A DNA stretch of 64,000 bases from an uncultured bacterium. GTDB lineage: Bacteria > Krumholzibacteriota > Krumholzibacteriia > LZORAL124-64-63. A program made the position numbers and the translations under genes. Below the pieces are notes generated by a model that had not been told where the DNA came from, searched no databases, and saw only the letters and a program-made list of their open reading frames with translations. Shown piece by piece: positions 48,861 through 58,018 of this stretch. The DNA lies in NCBI GenBank assembly GCA_963732385.1, contig CAVSZB010000007.1:1056001-1120000 (forward strand), given 5' to 3'. Numbering within the stretch: position 1 is the stretch's first letter; each line of letters begins with the position of its first letter.

Positions 48861-49750
48861 CAGCCCCGTCCGGCCAGGCGCTGGTCCTCGGGGATCTTCG
48901 CGATCTCCAGACCGGCCATGGCGTCACCGAGGTCCATCGAGATCTCCAACAGCTTCGCCGGGTCGTCATGGAAGGTGACAGCCTGCACGATCGCCTCGGC
49001 CCGCGGCTTGGGATCCTTGCTCTTGAAAATGCCACTGCCCACGAACACCGTCTCGGCGCCGAGCTGCATCATGAGCGCGGCGTCGGCCGGCGTGGCCACG
49101 CCGCCGGCGGCGAAGTTCGGCACCGGCAGCCGGCCCAGACGCGCGGTCTCGACCATCACGTGATAGGGAGCGCCGAGATTCTTGGCCTCCGCCATCAACT
49201 CCTCGGGGCGCAGGGTCTGCAGGCGACGGATTCCCTCCTGCACGGCCCGCATGTGCCGCACCGCCTCGACGATATTGCCGCTGCCCGCCTCGCCCTTCGT
49301 GCGGATCATGGCCGCCCCCTCGCCCACGCGTCGCAGCGCCTCGCCGAGGTCGCGGCAGCCGCAGACGAACGGCACCTTGAAGGGGAACTTGTCGATGTGA
49401 TGCTTCTCGTCGGCCGGCGTGAGCACCTCGGATTCGTCGATGAAGTCGACGCCGAGCGCCTGGAGGATCTGCGCCTCGACAAAATGCCCGATGCGGCACT
49501 TGGCCATCACCGGGATCGAGACCCGGTCCTGGATCTCCTTGATCATGCGCGGCGCCGACATGCGCGCCACGCCGCCGTCCATGCGGATGTCCGCCGGGAT
49601 GCGCTCGAGCGCCATGACCGCGACCGCGCCCGCGTCCTCGGCGATCTTCGCCTGATCCGCGTTGGTCACGTCCATGATCGCCCCGCCCTTGAGCATCTCC
49701 GCCAGACCGATCTTCTTCCGCATATCCTCATCGTTCCCGGGCGATCCCAT
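48857..49750 (-). CDS. pdxS: PLP synthase lyase subunit
   Basis: [54 protein letters not shown]. Confidence 0.97.
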   Translation of the reverse strand: MGSPGNDEDMRKKIGLAEMLKGGAIMDVTNADQAKIAEDAGAVAVMALERIPADIRMDGGVARMSAPRMIKEIQDRVSIPVMAKCRIGHFVEAQILQALGVDFIDESEVLTPADEKHHIDKFPFKVPFVCGCRDLGEALRRVGEGAAMIRTKGEAGSGNIVEAVRHMRAVQEGIRRLQTLRPEELMAEAKNLGAPYHVMVETARLGRLPVPNFAAGGVATPADAALMMQLGAETVFVGSGIFKSKDPKPRAEAIVQAVTFHDDPAKLLEISMDLGDAMAGLEIAKIPEDQRLAGRGW

Positions 49751-49790
49751 GACGATCTCCTCCTTCAAACCCGCGGCCTGCCGCGCGTCG

Positions 49791-51269
49791 TCAATAGGCC
49801 TGAGCGAACACGACCCGGCCCGTCGATGGCCGCCCGCACTTGATGCAGGCGCCGGCTTCGGCCTCGCGCTGCAGCGGGATGTTGCGGATCGTGACCTTAG
49901 TCTCCTGCTGGATCTGCGTCTCGCACGCACCGTCACCGCACCAGTGGCACCAGGCGAAACCTCCTTCGCCGGCGTACAGCGCGAGGAAGTCGTCCCATCT
50001 GTCCAGCCTCACGGTCGCCGCCTCGCGCCGCGCCAGCGCGCGCGCGAAAAGGTCGCTCTGGATGCGCTCGAGTTCGTCGGCCAGCGCCCGCGCCGCACCC
50101 TCGATCGGCACGGTCGTCTTCTTCCGATCGTGCCGCGCCGCCATCACGACCTGCCCCGCCGCGAGGTCGCGCGGCCCGATCTCGAACCGCACCGGCATCC
50201 CCTTGCGCTCCCACTCGGCGTACTTAGCGCCGGGGCGCAGCTTGTCGCGCTCATCAACGGCGACGACGCCGGCGACCGGCTTGAGCGCCGCGGCCAGTTC
50301 GCGCGCAGCGCCGATCGTGGCGGCCATCTCGTCCGCGCTTTTCCAGATCGGCACGATCACGGCCTTGCGCGCGGCCAGCCGGGGCGGCAGCACCAGCCCG
50401 TCGTCGTCACTGTGCATCATGATCAGCGCACCGATCGACCGGGTCGACAGTCCCCAGCTCGTGGCCCAGACATGGGCGCGCGCGCCCTCGGCATCCTGGA
50501 ACGTGACGTCGAACGCCTTCGCGAAATTCTGCCCGAGGTCGTGGCTGGTGGCCCCCTGCAGCGCCTTCCGGTCCTGCATCAGGGCCTCGACCGAGTAGGT
50601 CTCGACCGCGCCGGCGAATCGCTCGTTGGCGGTCTTCACCCCAGTGAGGACCGGCGCCGCCATGATGTCCTCGTAGAACCAGCGGTACACCTCGAGCATT
50701 TGCAGCGCCTCCTCGCGCCCCTCCTGCGCGGTGGCGTGCGCCGTGTGCCCCTCCTGCCAGAGGAACTCGGTCGTGCGCAGGAAGAGACGCGTGCGCATCT
50801 CCCACCGCATGACATTCGCCCACTGGTTGATCAGGAGAGGCAGGTCGCGGTAACTCTGGATCCACTTGCGGTACATGTCCCAGATCACCGTCTCGCTGGT
50901 GGGGCGGATGATCAGTTCCTCCTCCAGCCTCGAATCGGGATCGGGCACGACTGTCAGCTTGCCGTCCACCGTAGCGGTCTTCAGGCGCGTGTGCGTGACG
51001 ATCGCGCACTCCTTGGCGAAGCCCTCCACGTGCTGCGCCTCACGCGCCAGGAAGCTCTTGGGGATCAGAAGCGGGAAGTAGGCGTTGACATGCCCCAGCT
51101 CCTTGAAGCGGTCGTCGAGAGTCCGCTGGATGGTCTCCCAGATGGCGTAGCCGTTCGGACGGATGACCATGCAGCCGCGCACCGGGCTGTAATCCGCCAG
51201 TTCGGCCGCCTGGATGACGTCGGTGTACCAGCGCGCGTAGTCGACCGACCGCTTCGTGATCTCGGCCAT
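49791..51269 (-). CDS. proS: Proline--tRNA ligase, archaeal/eukaryotic type
   Basis: [30 protein letters not shown]-terminal Zn-binding Cys and terminal Tyr; no INS editing domain. Confidence 0.97.
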   Translation of the reverse strand: MAEITKRSVDYARWYTDVIQAAELADYSPVRGCMVIRPNGYAIWETIQRTLDDRFKELGHVNAYFPLLIPKSFLAREAQHVEGFAKECAIVTHTRLKTATVDGKLTVVPDPDSRLEEELIIRPTSETVIWDMYRKWIQSYRDLPLLINQWANVMRWEMRTRLFLRTTEFLWQEGHTAHATAQEGREEALQMLEVYRWFYEDIMAAPVLTGVKTANERFAGAVETYSVEALMQDRKALQGATSHDLGQNFAKAFDVTFQDAEGARAHVWATSWGLSTRSIGALIMMHSDDDGLVLPPRLAARKAVIVPIWKSADEMAATIGAARELAAALKPVAGVVAVDERDKLRPGAKYAEWERKGMPVRFEIGPRDLAAGQVVMAARHDRKKTTVPIEGAARALADELERIQSDLFARALARREAATVRLDRWDDFLALYAGEGGFAWCHWCGDGACETQIQQETKVTIRNIPLQREAEAGACIKCGRPSTGRVVFAQAY

Positions 51270-51439
51270 GCGTGTCCTTTCGGGCGATGCGCCCGTCGAG
51301 CAGGAAAACCGCTCCCCGAACTCCGTGGGTCGCACCGGAGAGACCCGGCAGGAAACCGGCCGGGACGGGGGTCAAGATAACACCCCATGCCGGCGGGCGA
51401 AAGTGCCCCGGGGGCGCGTCCACGGGCATTGACCGCGCC

Positions 51440-52318
51440 TCAGTTGCGCGTCAGCCGCCAGCAGCGCTCGTCGGCGACGATGCCGAAGCGACGCGCCTGC
51501 TCCGGCGTGGCGAGGTCCGCCACGCCGAGCTCCTCCACCGTCCAGGCGGGGCGCTGCAAACGGGCGCCGAAATCGTCTCCGAACCGCCAGGCGTGGGCGT
51601 GCGCGAACCGGGGATCGATCGGAATCGAACGACTGCGCGCGAGCCCCGGCTCCTGGGGCACCTGGATCCAGGCGATCCCTCCCGGCCGCAACAGGCGCGC
51701 GATCTCGTCCAGACAGGGGTCCAGCGCGGGGATGCGCTGGAGTACGTAGCTGCAGAAGAGCGTGCCGATCGAGGCTGTAGCGACGCCAACGGCGCGCAGA
51801 TCGGTCATGAATTCGCAGTCGAATGGCTGGTGCCGGTCGAAGTCGGCGCGAAAACAGCGCCCCGCCCCCTCGCGCGCCAGGAAGTCATGCACGCAGGGCG
51901 ACTGCGCGAAGGCCAGCAGCGCCCCCTCCCTTCGTCCCGGCCGTGCGAGGTCCCTCCGCAGGCCGAGCGCCAGCAGGCGGTGACGATCGAAGGCTCCGCA
52001 ACCGGGACAAATGCAGCGGGGGATGATCTCGCTGGCGGAAAGGAAGGAGCGGAAGTGCCGCCCCTGCCAGCCACACACGGGGCAGACATGCGACCCACCC
52101 GGCGCCAGCCGCTCCACGGCGGCCAGCAGTCCATTGCCGGCCGCCCCTCCGAGCAGCCGCGCCGCCTGGAGGGGATGCCTCCAGAGACAGGCCGGCGAGG
52201 CCGCCTCGAAGAGGGTTCTCTTCGCGAAAGCCCAGGTGGACACTGGTTCTCCCGACCGCCAGGGGTCTGCGCTCTCGTCTCCCGGCGTGAGCATCGCACG
52301 CGCGACCGTCGCCGTCAC
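51440..52318 (-). CDS. Zn-ribbon plus class I SAM-methyltransferase-like protein
   Basis: CPVC...CPGC...RHRL followed by 'FCSYVLQRIP...EIARLLRPGG...QVP'. Confidence 0.7.
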   Translation of the reverse strand: MTATVARAMLTPGDESADPWRSGEPVSTWAFAKRTLFEAASPACLWRHPLQAARLLGGAAGNGLLAAVERLAPGGSHVCPVCGWQGRHFRSFLSASEIIPRCICPGCGAFDRHRLLALGLRRDLARPGRREGALLAFAQSPCVHDFLAREGAGRCFRADFDRHQPFDCEFMTDLRAVGVATASIGTLFCSYVLQRIPALDPCLDEIARLLRPGGIAWIQVPQEPGLARSRSIPIDPRFAHAHAWRFGDDFGARLQRPAWTVEELGVADLATPEQARRFGIVADERCWRLTRN

Positions 52319-52347
52319 CTCTGATCCCGCGCGCCGCCCGCTCGCCG

Positions 52348-54099
52348 CTACCGCGCGAGCGTGATCTTGACCGTCCGCGTGCCCGCGACGGTCTGCAGCC
52401 GGGCGAAGTAGACACCCGACGGCATGGCGGCGCCACGGTCGTCACAACCGGTCCACGCCGCGTCGTGCGCGCCGGCCGAAAGTGCGGCGTCGAGCAGGGT
52501 GGCGACTCGGGCGCCGCGCGCGTTGTAGATCGCAAGCACGGCCCGGGACGGCTGCGCAAGCTCGAAATCGAATTCGGTGCGCGGGTTGAACGGATTGGGA
52601 TGGTTCGGCGCCAGCCGCAGCGCGACTGGCGGCTCGTCGCCCACGCCGGTCACCTGCTGGGTGACCGCAACGCCGCGGGTCGAGGCGGCGAGCAGGTCCA
52701 CCGCCACGTAGCAGACGTCGGTCGGCCCCGCGTCGTCGATCTGCAGCAGCGTCCCGCCGACGACGTCGTACCCGGCGCCGGGGTGGTGCGGCATGACGAA
52801 CCGCAGCAGCGCGCTCTCGAAGCGGATGGCGAAGGTGTTGGTCACCGACGCGCTCACCGAGTCGTGCGTGCCGTCGTTCGCGGGCGTGTAGACGACGGTC
52901 AGGTTCTGGCCGCTCGACCCCGCCGCGACCGACGCCAGCGGCGTCACCACCCCGTTGCTCACCCGCACGACGCGGTAGGCCCGCTTGCCGTCGCAGGTGG
53001 CGCTCGTGATGAGGTCGTACGGCCTGGTCGTGATGCTGCCGGAGTTGCTGTGCGTGTGGCCCATGAGGGCCATCTCCAGGCCCAGCGAGGAGAGGTTCAG
53101 CTGGTTCTGGAAGTCATAGTGCGTGAACAGCACCTGCGTCGTGCTGCCCGCCGCGGCCGCCAGGTCCGCGCTCAGCCATTGCAGCTGCGCCGACGTGAAG
53201 CTGTCGGTCCCGTAGTATTGCGGGAGGTAGTCGTCGTAGTTGTTGTACGCCTCCAGCCCCACGTAGTGCGCCGGCCCGTAATCGAAGCTGTAGTCCTGCG
53301 TGCGCGCCGGGGCGCCGGCCGGCGGATCCGCCAGCCGTTTCCAGCCGAAGAAGCGCCACCAGTCGCGCCGCGCGGTGCCGTCGGACGGGGGGGTCGCGTC
53401 CCAGCCGCCGAGGTCATGGTTGCCCCCGGTCAGGAAGACCGGCGCCGCGAATTCCCCCAGCACGCGCTGCGCGTGCGAGTAGTAGCGGCGCGACAGGTAG
53501 TCCTCCAGCTCCCCCTCGTTGATGAGGTCGCCGGTGAGGAGCACGAACTCCGGGTTGATGACGTTGACATCGGCGATCACCTCACGCAGGTCGACGACCT
53601 CGGAGCTGTCGGTCTCGGCCCCCGCCTCGTAGTAGTAGAGATGCGTCGGCAGGTGCGGGTCGGTGATGTGCACGAAGTAGTAGTCGCTCCGGTACGCCGG
53701 CAGGACCTTCACGGCGTGGCGCGTGACGTCGTCCACGCCGCCCGCCGCGGTGACCCGCAGGTCGTACAGTTCCGTCAGCGCCGGGGTCGGCACGGTCGCC
53801 GTCAGCCGCCACCAGAGCGTCGTCGCGTCGTAGACCGCACTGGTGATGGTCAGCGGGACATGCCGGGTCCCGTGCACGAGTTCGGCCCCCCAGCCTGTCG
53901 TGCCGACCGCCGCCACGCAGGAAATGGGAAAACTGCCGCCCGGAGTGACGAACGCGGGGATGTTCAGCAGCGGCATCTGGATAACGGTCAGGGTGTCGCC
54001 CAGAGTCTCGGCGGCGAGGACGGCGACCGGACCGGCGGCCAGGACCAGGGTCAGGATGGTCACGGCGAGATACGGGCGGAATCGGGCGAGGATGCGCAT
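52348..54099 (-). CDS. Secreted calcineurin-like metallophosphoesterase with C-terminal FlgD-Ig/secretion-type domain
   Basis: Signal peptide; TDPH, TGDL, GNHD, THY, GHTH; C-terminus NHPNPFNP...W.G.D..G...SGVYF.RL...KITLAR. Confidence 0.88.
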   Translation of the reverse strand: MRILARFRPYLAVTILTLVLAAGPVAVLAAETLGDTLTVIQMPLLNIPAFVTPGGSFPISCVAAVGTTGWGAELVHGTRHVPLTITSAVYDATTLWWRLTATVPTPALTELYDLRVTAAGGVDDVTRHAVKVLPAYRSDYYFVHITDPHLPTHLYYYEAGAETDSSEVVDLREVIADVNVINPEFVLLTGDLINEGELEDYLSRRYYSHAQRVLGEFAAPVFLTGGNHDLGGWDATPPSDGTARRDWWRFFGWKRLADPPAGAPARTQDYSFDYGPAHYVGLEAYNNYDDYLPQYYGTDSFTSAQLQWLSADLAAAAGSTTQVLFTHYDFQNQLNLSSLGLEMALMGHTHSNSGSITTRPYDLITSATCDGKRAYRVVRVSNGVVTPLASVAAGSSGQNLTVVYTPANDGTHDSVSASVTNTFAIRFESALLRFVMPHHPGAGYDVVGGTLLQIDDAGPTDVCYVAVDLLAASTRGVAVTQQVTGVGDEPPVALRLAPNHPNPFNPRTEFDFELAQPSRAVLAIYNARGARVATLLDAALSAGAHDAAWTGCDDRGAAMPSGVYFARLQTVAGTRTVKITLAR

Positions 54100-54152
54100 C
54101 AGGATGACCTCTCCAAAGGGTGTGCGCCAGGAAGTCCCACGATCAGCCTGTG

Positions 54153-54181
54153 ATTATAACACGGAAGAGCGGCAACGTCAC
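54153..54181 (-). promoter_or_regulatory. Sigma70-type promoter for the phosphoesterase gene
   Basis: GTGACG-N17-TATAAT with an extended -10 TGt. Confidence 0.6.
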
Positions 54182-54350
54182 GCCGGGCGGCTCCTGACCC
54201 TCCCAATAATTCCGTGCGCATTGTCTCGGTGGCGGTTGCCGTGCCGACGTCGGCCTCAATCCAGACAACCTGGCCTGGCTGCATCCATTTCTCTGCCGAA
54301 TCCATCCAGTGCGGGGCTCAATCCAGCGCCAACGAAGACTGCAGGCCGGC

Positions 54351-54395
54351 AATCTCCCTCGCGGATCGATCCGATCCTTCGCCGGATCGAATCAT
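54351..54395. repeat. Palindromic direct repeat, copy 1
   Basis: 23-nt core TCCGATCCTTCGCCGGATCGAAT (54370-54392) is identical to 55730-55752; inverted repeat TCGATCCG-N9-CGGATCGA. Confidence 0.85.
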
Positions 54396-54546
54396 TGGGA
54401 GGGCCAGTTCCTACGGCCCGTTGGCGAAGCCACGCGATCACGACTGTATTAGTCCTGGTTATCTCGGATTAGGATCCGAGGGTTCCCAGTGTTAACGTAT
54501 GATTTCGCCAGCCTGAGACAAGGCCCAACCGGGGAGTCCTATATTG

Positions 54547-55632
54547 ATGAAACGACCGTTCCTTTTCTTGTTCGCGGCCTTGATGGTTACGGTTGCCTTT
54601 GCAGTTTCGCCATCTTCAGCCCTCCCGATGAACAAATTGTTCTTTCTCCACCATTCGACCGGGCAGAACCTCATCAATCAGGGCGACGTTCGCGGGTGGC
54701 TGGCCAGCTACAACGCGCAAAACGGCAGCGATTTCCGGTTCTGGGACCACGACTACAATTACATCGGCCTGCGCAGGGCCGACGGCAGCAACGCCGGCTG
54801 GATCTACAACATCCCCAACGACAACACCGACCCCATCGGCCTCTACAATCTGTGGACCACGGCGAACGCCGCCCGCGACTCGATCCTCCAGAACCACGAG
54901 GTCATCGCGTTCAAGTCGTGCTACCCGGCGTCCGCGATATACACCACGCAGATCCTGCAGCAGTACCAGGCATGGTATCTCGCCATCCGCGACGTGTTCG
55001 ACCAGCACCCGGACAGGACCTTCGTCGTCATGTCCCCGCCGCCGCTGCACTGGCTGTCCACGGACCTCACGCAAGCCGACAATGCGCGGGCGTTCGCCAA
55101 CTGGCTCAAGAGCGCGGAGTATCTCCAGGGCCACCAAAATATCGTCTGCTACGACCTTTTCGATGCTCTTGCCGCGCCCGACGACCCGGGTTCGAGCACC
55201 CGGAACATGCTGCGCTACGAGTACGAAATCGATCACTTCGTCATCAACTCCCACCCCAACTCCGCCGCCAACGCCGTCGTCGGACCGCTCTTCGCGGCGG
55301 CCCTCGTCGCAGCCGCCGATTTGGACATCACCACGGCGGTGCCGACACTCTCGCTGACCCGACCGACCCTGTCCATCCACCCGAACCCGTTCAATCCGGC
55401 CGCAGAGATCGCCTTCGAACTGGCGGCGGACACGGCAGTGAAACTGAACGTGTTCAACCTGCGGGGGCAATACGTGCGGACGCTGCTCAACAACCAGCGG
55501 GAAGCCGGCGCCTATCAGGTGCGCTGGGATGGCCGCGACGACCACGGGCAGAACGCACCAGCCGGCGTTTATCTCTGCCGCCTGCAGACCGGTGACGCGA
55601 CTGTCACCAGGCGCATGGCCCTGGTGCGCTGA
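54547..55632 (+). CDS. Secreted protein of unknown function with C-terminal FlgD-Ig/secretion-type domain
   Basis: GGGGAG RBS; signal peptide; FLHHSTG, FKSCYP and SHPN motifs; C-terminus HPNPFNP...WDGRD...AGVY...RRMALVR. Confidence 0.85.
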   Translation: MKRPFLFLFAALMVTVAFAVSPSSALPMNKLFFLHHSTGQNLINQGDVRGWLASYNAQNGSDFRFWDHDYNYIGLRRADGSNAGWIYNIPNDNTDPIGLYNLWTTANAARDSILQNHEVIAFKSCYPASAIYTTQILQQYQAWYLAIRDVFDQHPDRTFVVMSPPPLHWLSTDLTQADNARAFANWLKSAEYLQGHQNIVCYDLFDALAAPDDPGSSTRNMLRYEYEIDHFVINSHPNSAANAVVGPLFAAALVAAADLDITTAVPTLSLTRPTLSIHPNPFNPAAEIAFELAADTAVKLNVFNLRGQYVRTLLNNQREAGAYQVRWDGRDDHGQNAPAGVYLCRLQTGDATVTRRMALVR

Positions 55633-55710
55633 CGAAGTAGCGGGGCGCTCCGGTCTCGTTCCGCTCGGAGCTGCGCTGCCGCAGGCAGTCTGCTCTCGGG
55701 GCTCCCACCT

Positions 55711-55755
55711 GATCGCACCCGCGCATCGGTCCGATCCTTCGCCGGATCGAATTAT
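55711..55755. repeat. Palindromic direct repeat, copy 2
   Basis: Lies exactly 1360 bp after copy 1; TCGGTCCG-N9-CGGATCGA. Confidence 0.85.
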
Positions 55756-55770
55756 GAGAGACACGTCGGC

Positions 55771-55798
55771 TTGATCAAAGACCGCGATCTGATATCTT
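55771..55798 (+). promoter_or_regulatory. Candidate sigma70 promoter for the ClC gene
   Basis: TTGATC-N16-TATCTT with an extended -10 TGa. Confidence 0.45.
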
Positions 55799-55887
55799 GA
55801 GCTGGCTGAATCCTGTCCGGCGCGCACGGCGGCCGGCATGGATGAACCGGCCGCGGCGGGCCGAAAGCTGACGGGAGCAAACTCTCC

Positions 55888-57813
55888 GTGGTGCAGCGGA
55901 ACAGCGGGAATCAACGCGCGGCCGGCGAAGCACATCCCAACGGCACCCGGGCGTCCGCGTTTCGCGCGGGCGTCGGACGGTTCGACGCGGCGGCCTTCTC
56001 GCGACTGGCCGGGCCATTCGACTGGCGGATCACCGGCAAGTGGATGCTTTTTTCCGCGCTGATCGGCGTGGCAGCGGCCCTTGGCGCCCTGGCTTTCGCC
56101 TCGCTGCTCGACGGCATCACGCACCTGAGCTTCGACCGCCTCCTCGGCTACCACCCTCCCGTGCCGGGCAGCGAAGGGGGCACGCCGGGCGCGTTCGATC
56201 TCGCGTCGGCGTTCGCGGTCGCGCATCCGTGGCTGCTGCTGGTGATCCCGACGCTCGGCGGTCTCCTCTCCGGCCTGATCGTCTACCGCTACGCGCCCGA
56301 GGCCGAAGGGCACGGCACCGACGCGGTGATCCGTTCGTTCCACCACCAGGGCGGACACATCCGTCCGCGCGTTCCGCTGGTCAAGACGGTGGCGTCGGCG
56401 TTGACCATCGGCACCGGCGGCAGCGCGGGCCGAGAGGGCCCGATCGCCCAGATCGGCGCCGGTTTCGGGTCCTACCTGGCCACGCGTCTGCGGCTCGGCG
56501 ACCGCGACCGGCGGCTGTTCCTGGTCGCCGGCATGGCGGCCGGCATCGGCGCGATCTTCCAGTCGCCGCTCGGCGGCGCTTTCTTCGCCGTCGAGGTGCT
56601 GTATCGCGAGGACATCGAGAGCGCGGCGCTCATGCCGGCGGTCATCGCCGGGGTGATGGGGTACTCCGTCTACAGCGGCATCGTCGGGTCGAGCACGATC
56701 TTCGCAACGCCGACCTTCGCTTTCGGCAGTCCCCTGGAACTGCTGCCGCTGATCGCGCTGGCGCCGGTCTGCGGCATCGTGGGCATCTTCTATGTGCGGC
56801 TGTTCTACGGCATCAAGGGCCGGCTGTTCGGCCGGCTCCCCATCCGCCCGTGGCTGAAGCCGGCGCTCGGTGGCCTGGGAGTGGGCGCGCTCGCGCTGGT
56901 CGTCCCGCCGATCCTCGGCTCGAGTTACGGCTGGCTGCAGGAGGCGATCCTGGGGAATCTGCCGGTCGGCCTGATGCTGGCGATCATCCCGGCCAAGATC
57001 CTGGCGACCTCGCTGACTATCGGCTCGGGCGGCTCGGGCGGTGTCTTCGCCCCCTCGCTCGTGATCGGCGGCATGCTCGGCGGCGTGTTCGGCAGCGTCG
57101 TGCACGCGGTCCTGCCGAGTCTGGTGCACCAGCCGTCCGCGTACGTGCTGATCGGCATGGCGACGTTCTTCGCCGGCGCCGCGAACGTGCCGATCGCCAC
57201 GACGATCATGATCTGCGAGATGACCGGCAGCTACACGCTGCTGATCCCGCTGATCTTCTCCGGCGTCACCGTGCACCTCATGTCCCGCCGCTGGAGCCTC
57301 TACACACAGCAGTTGCGGACCCACGCCGACTCGCCGGCGCACGGCGCCGACCTGAGGGGAATCCCGGCCACGGACATCACGGCGGGGGAACTGCTCGCAA
57401 CCCGGGAGCCTGTTCCCTGCCTCGGGCCGGGCAGCAGGCTCGACGAGATCATGGACACCTTCGCGCGCACACGCTGGGGCGTGCTGCCGGTCGGCGAGGC
57501 GGCCGAACCGGCCGGCGGCAGCGGCTGGACCGGTCTCGTGTACCTGGAGGAAATCCAGAGCCTGCTGAGGTCGGACCGCACAACGCAGCGGCTGATCATC
57601 GCCCGCGATCTGGAATGCGCCTTCACCGCGATCCCGGCCACGGCACCGCTGGGCGAGGCCCTCGCCGCCTTCGAACGGACGGGACGCACGGAACTGCCGG
57701 TGGTCGATGCGCAGCAGCGGATCGTCGGCATCCTGGCCGAGGCCGACGCCTCCCGGGAGTTCCGCCGGGCGCTCGTGGCGTCGCTGCGCGTCAGCGCGTC
57801 GGCCGGCCCATAA
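55888..57813 (+). CDS. ClC family chloride channel/transporter with C-terminal CBS pair
   Basis: PEAEGHGTD, GSAGREGP, GSGGSGGVFAP, SLY; CBS-like 'LPVVD...IVGIL'. Start uncertain. Confidence 0.93.
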   Translation: MVQRNSGNQRAAGEAHPNGTRASAFRAGVGRFDAAAFSRLAGPFDWRITGKWMLFSALIGVAAALGALAFASLLDGITHLSFDRLLGYHPPVPGSEGGTPGAFDLASAFAVAHPWLLLVIPTLGGLLSGLIVYRYAPEAEGHGTDAVIRSFHHQGGHIRPRVPLVKTVASALTIGTGGSAGREGPIAQIGAGFGSYLATRLRLGDRDRRLFLVAGMAAGIGAIFQSPLGGAFFAVEVLYREDIESAALMPAVIAGVMGYSVYSGIVGSSTIFATPTFAFGSPLELLPLIALAPVCGIVGIFYVRLFYGIKGRLFGRLPIRPWLKPALGGLGVGALALVVPPILGSSYGWLQEAILGNLPVGLMLAIIPAKILATSLTIGSGGSGGVFAPSLVIGGMLGGVFGSVVHAVLPSLVHQPSAYVLIGMATFFAGAANVPIATTIMICEMTGSYTLLIPLIFSGVTVHLMSRRWSLYTQQLRTHADSPAHGADLRGIPATDITAGELLATREPVPCLGPGSRLDEIMDTFARTRWGVLPVGEAAEPAGGSGWTGLVYLEEIQSLLRSDRTTQRLIIARDLECAFTAIPATAPLGEALAAFERTGRTELPVVDAQQRIVGILAEADASREFRRALVASLRVSASAGP

Positions 57814-57897
57814 TCGCCATCTTTCCGCGCTGTTTCCCTCAGCTCAGACGCCGCGCGAATCCGTACAAACATGCCTTGAACCCTGCCCGCTGCCCGG

Positions 57898-57938
57898 GAA
57901 TTGACCAGTTGCGCAATTCACCGAACCGGCGGTAGATT
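57898..57938 (+). promoter_or_regulatory. Palindromic operator-like site overlapping a candidate promoter of the APC gene
   Basis: GAATTG-N10-CAATTC (57898-57919) overlaps TTGCGC-N18-TAGATT. Confidence 0.4.
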
Positions 57939-58018
57939 CCTGCGGACCGGAAACGCCGGACCCCGCGACCGACGGTTCCCGGAACGACGCGCTCCGGGCC
58001 GGAAAGGGAGAAAAGACC

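Noticed and set aside
51270..51439. T-box leader for proS
   Set aside because: No T-box consensus or terminator is visible and the gap is short.
54351..55755. Repeat pair as a CRISPR array or integron attC sites
   Set aside because: Only two copies separated by a whole gene, no cas or integrase gene in the window, and no clear RYYYAAC/GTTRRRY ends.
55805..55875. c-di-AMP (ydaO) or fluoride riboswitch upstream of ClC
   Set aside because: GCTGAATCC is on + while CCCGTCAGCT is on the opposite strand, so they cannot form one ydaO aptamer. The fluoride pseudoknot pairing is absent.
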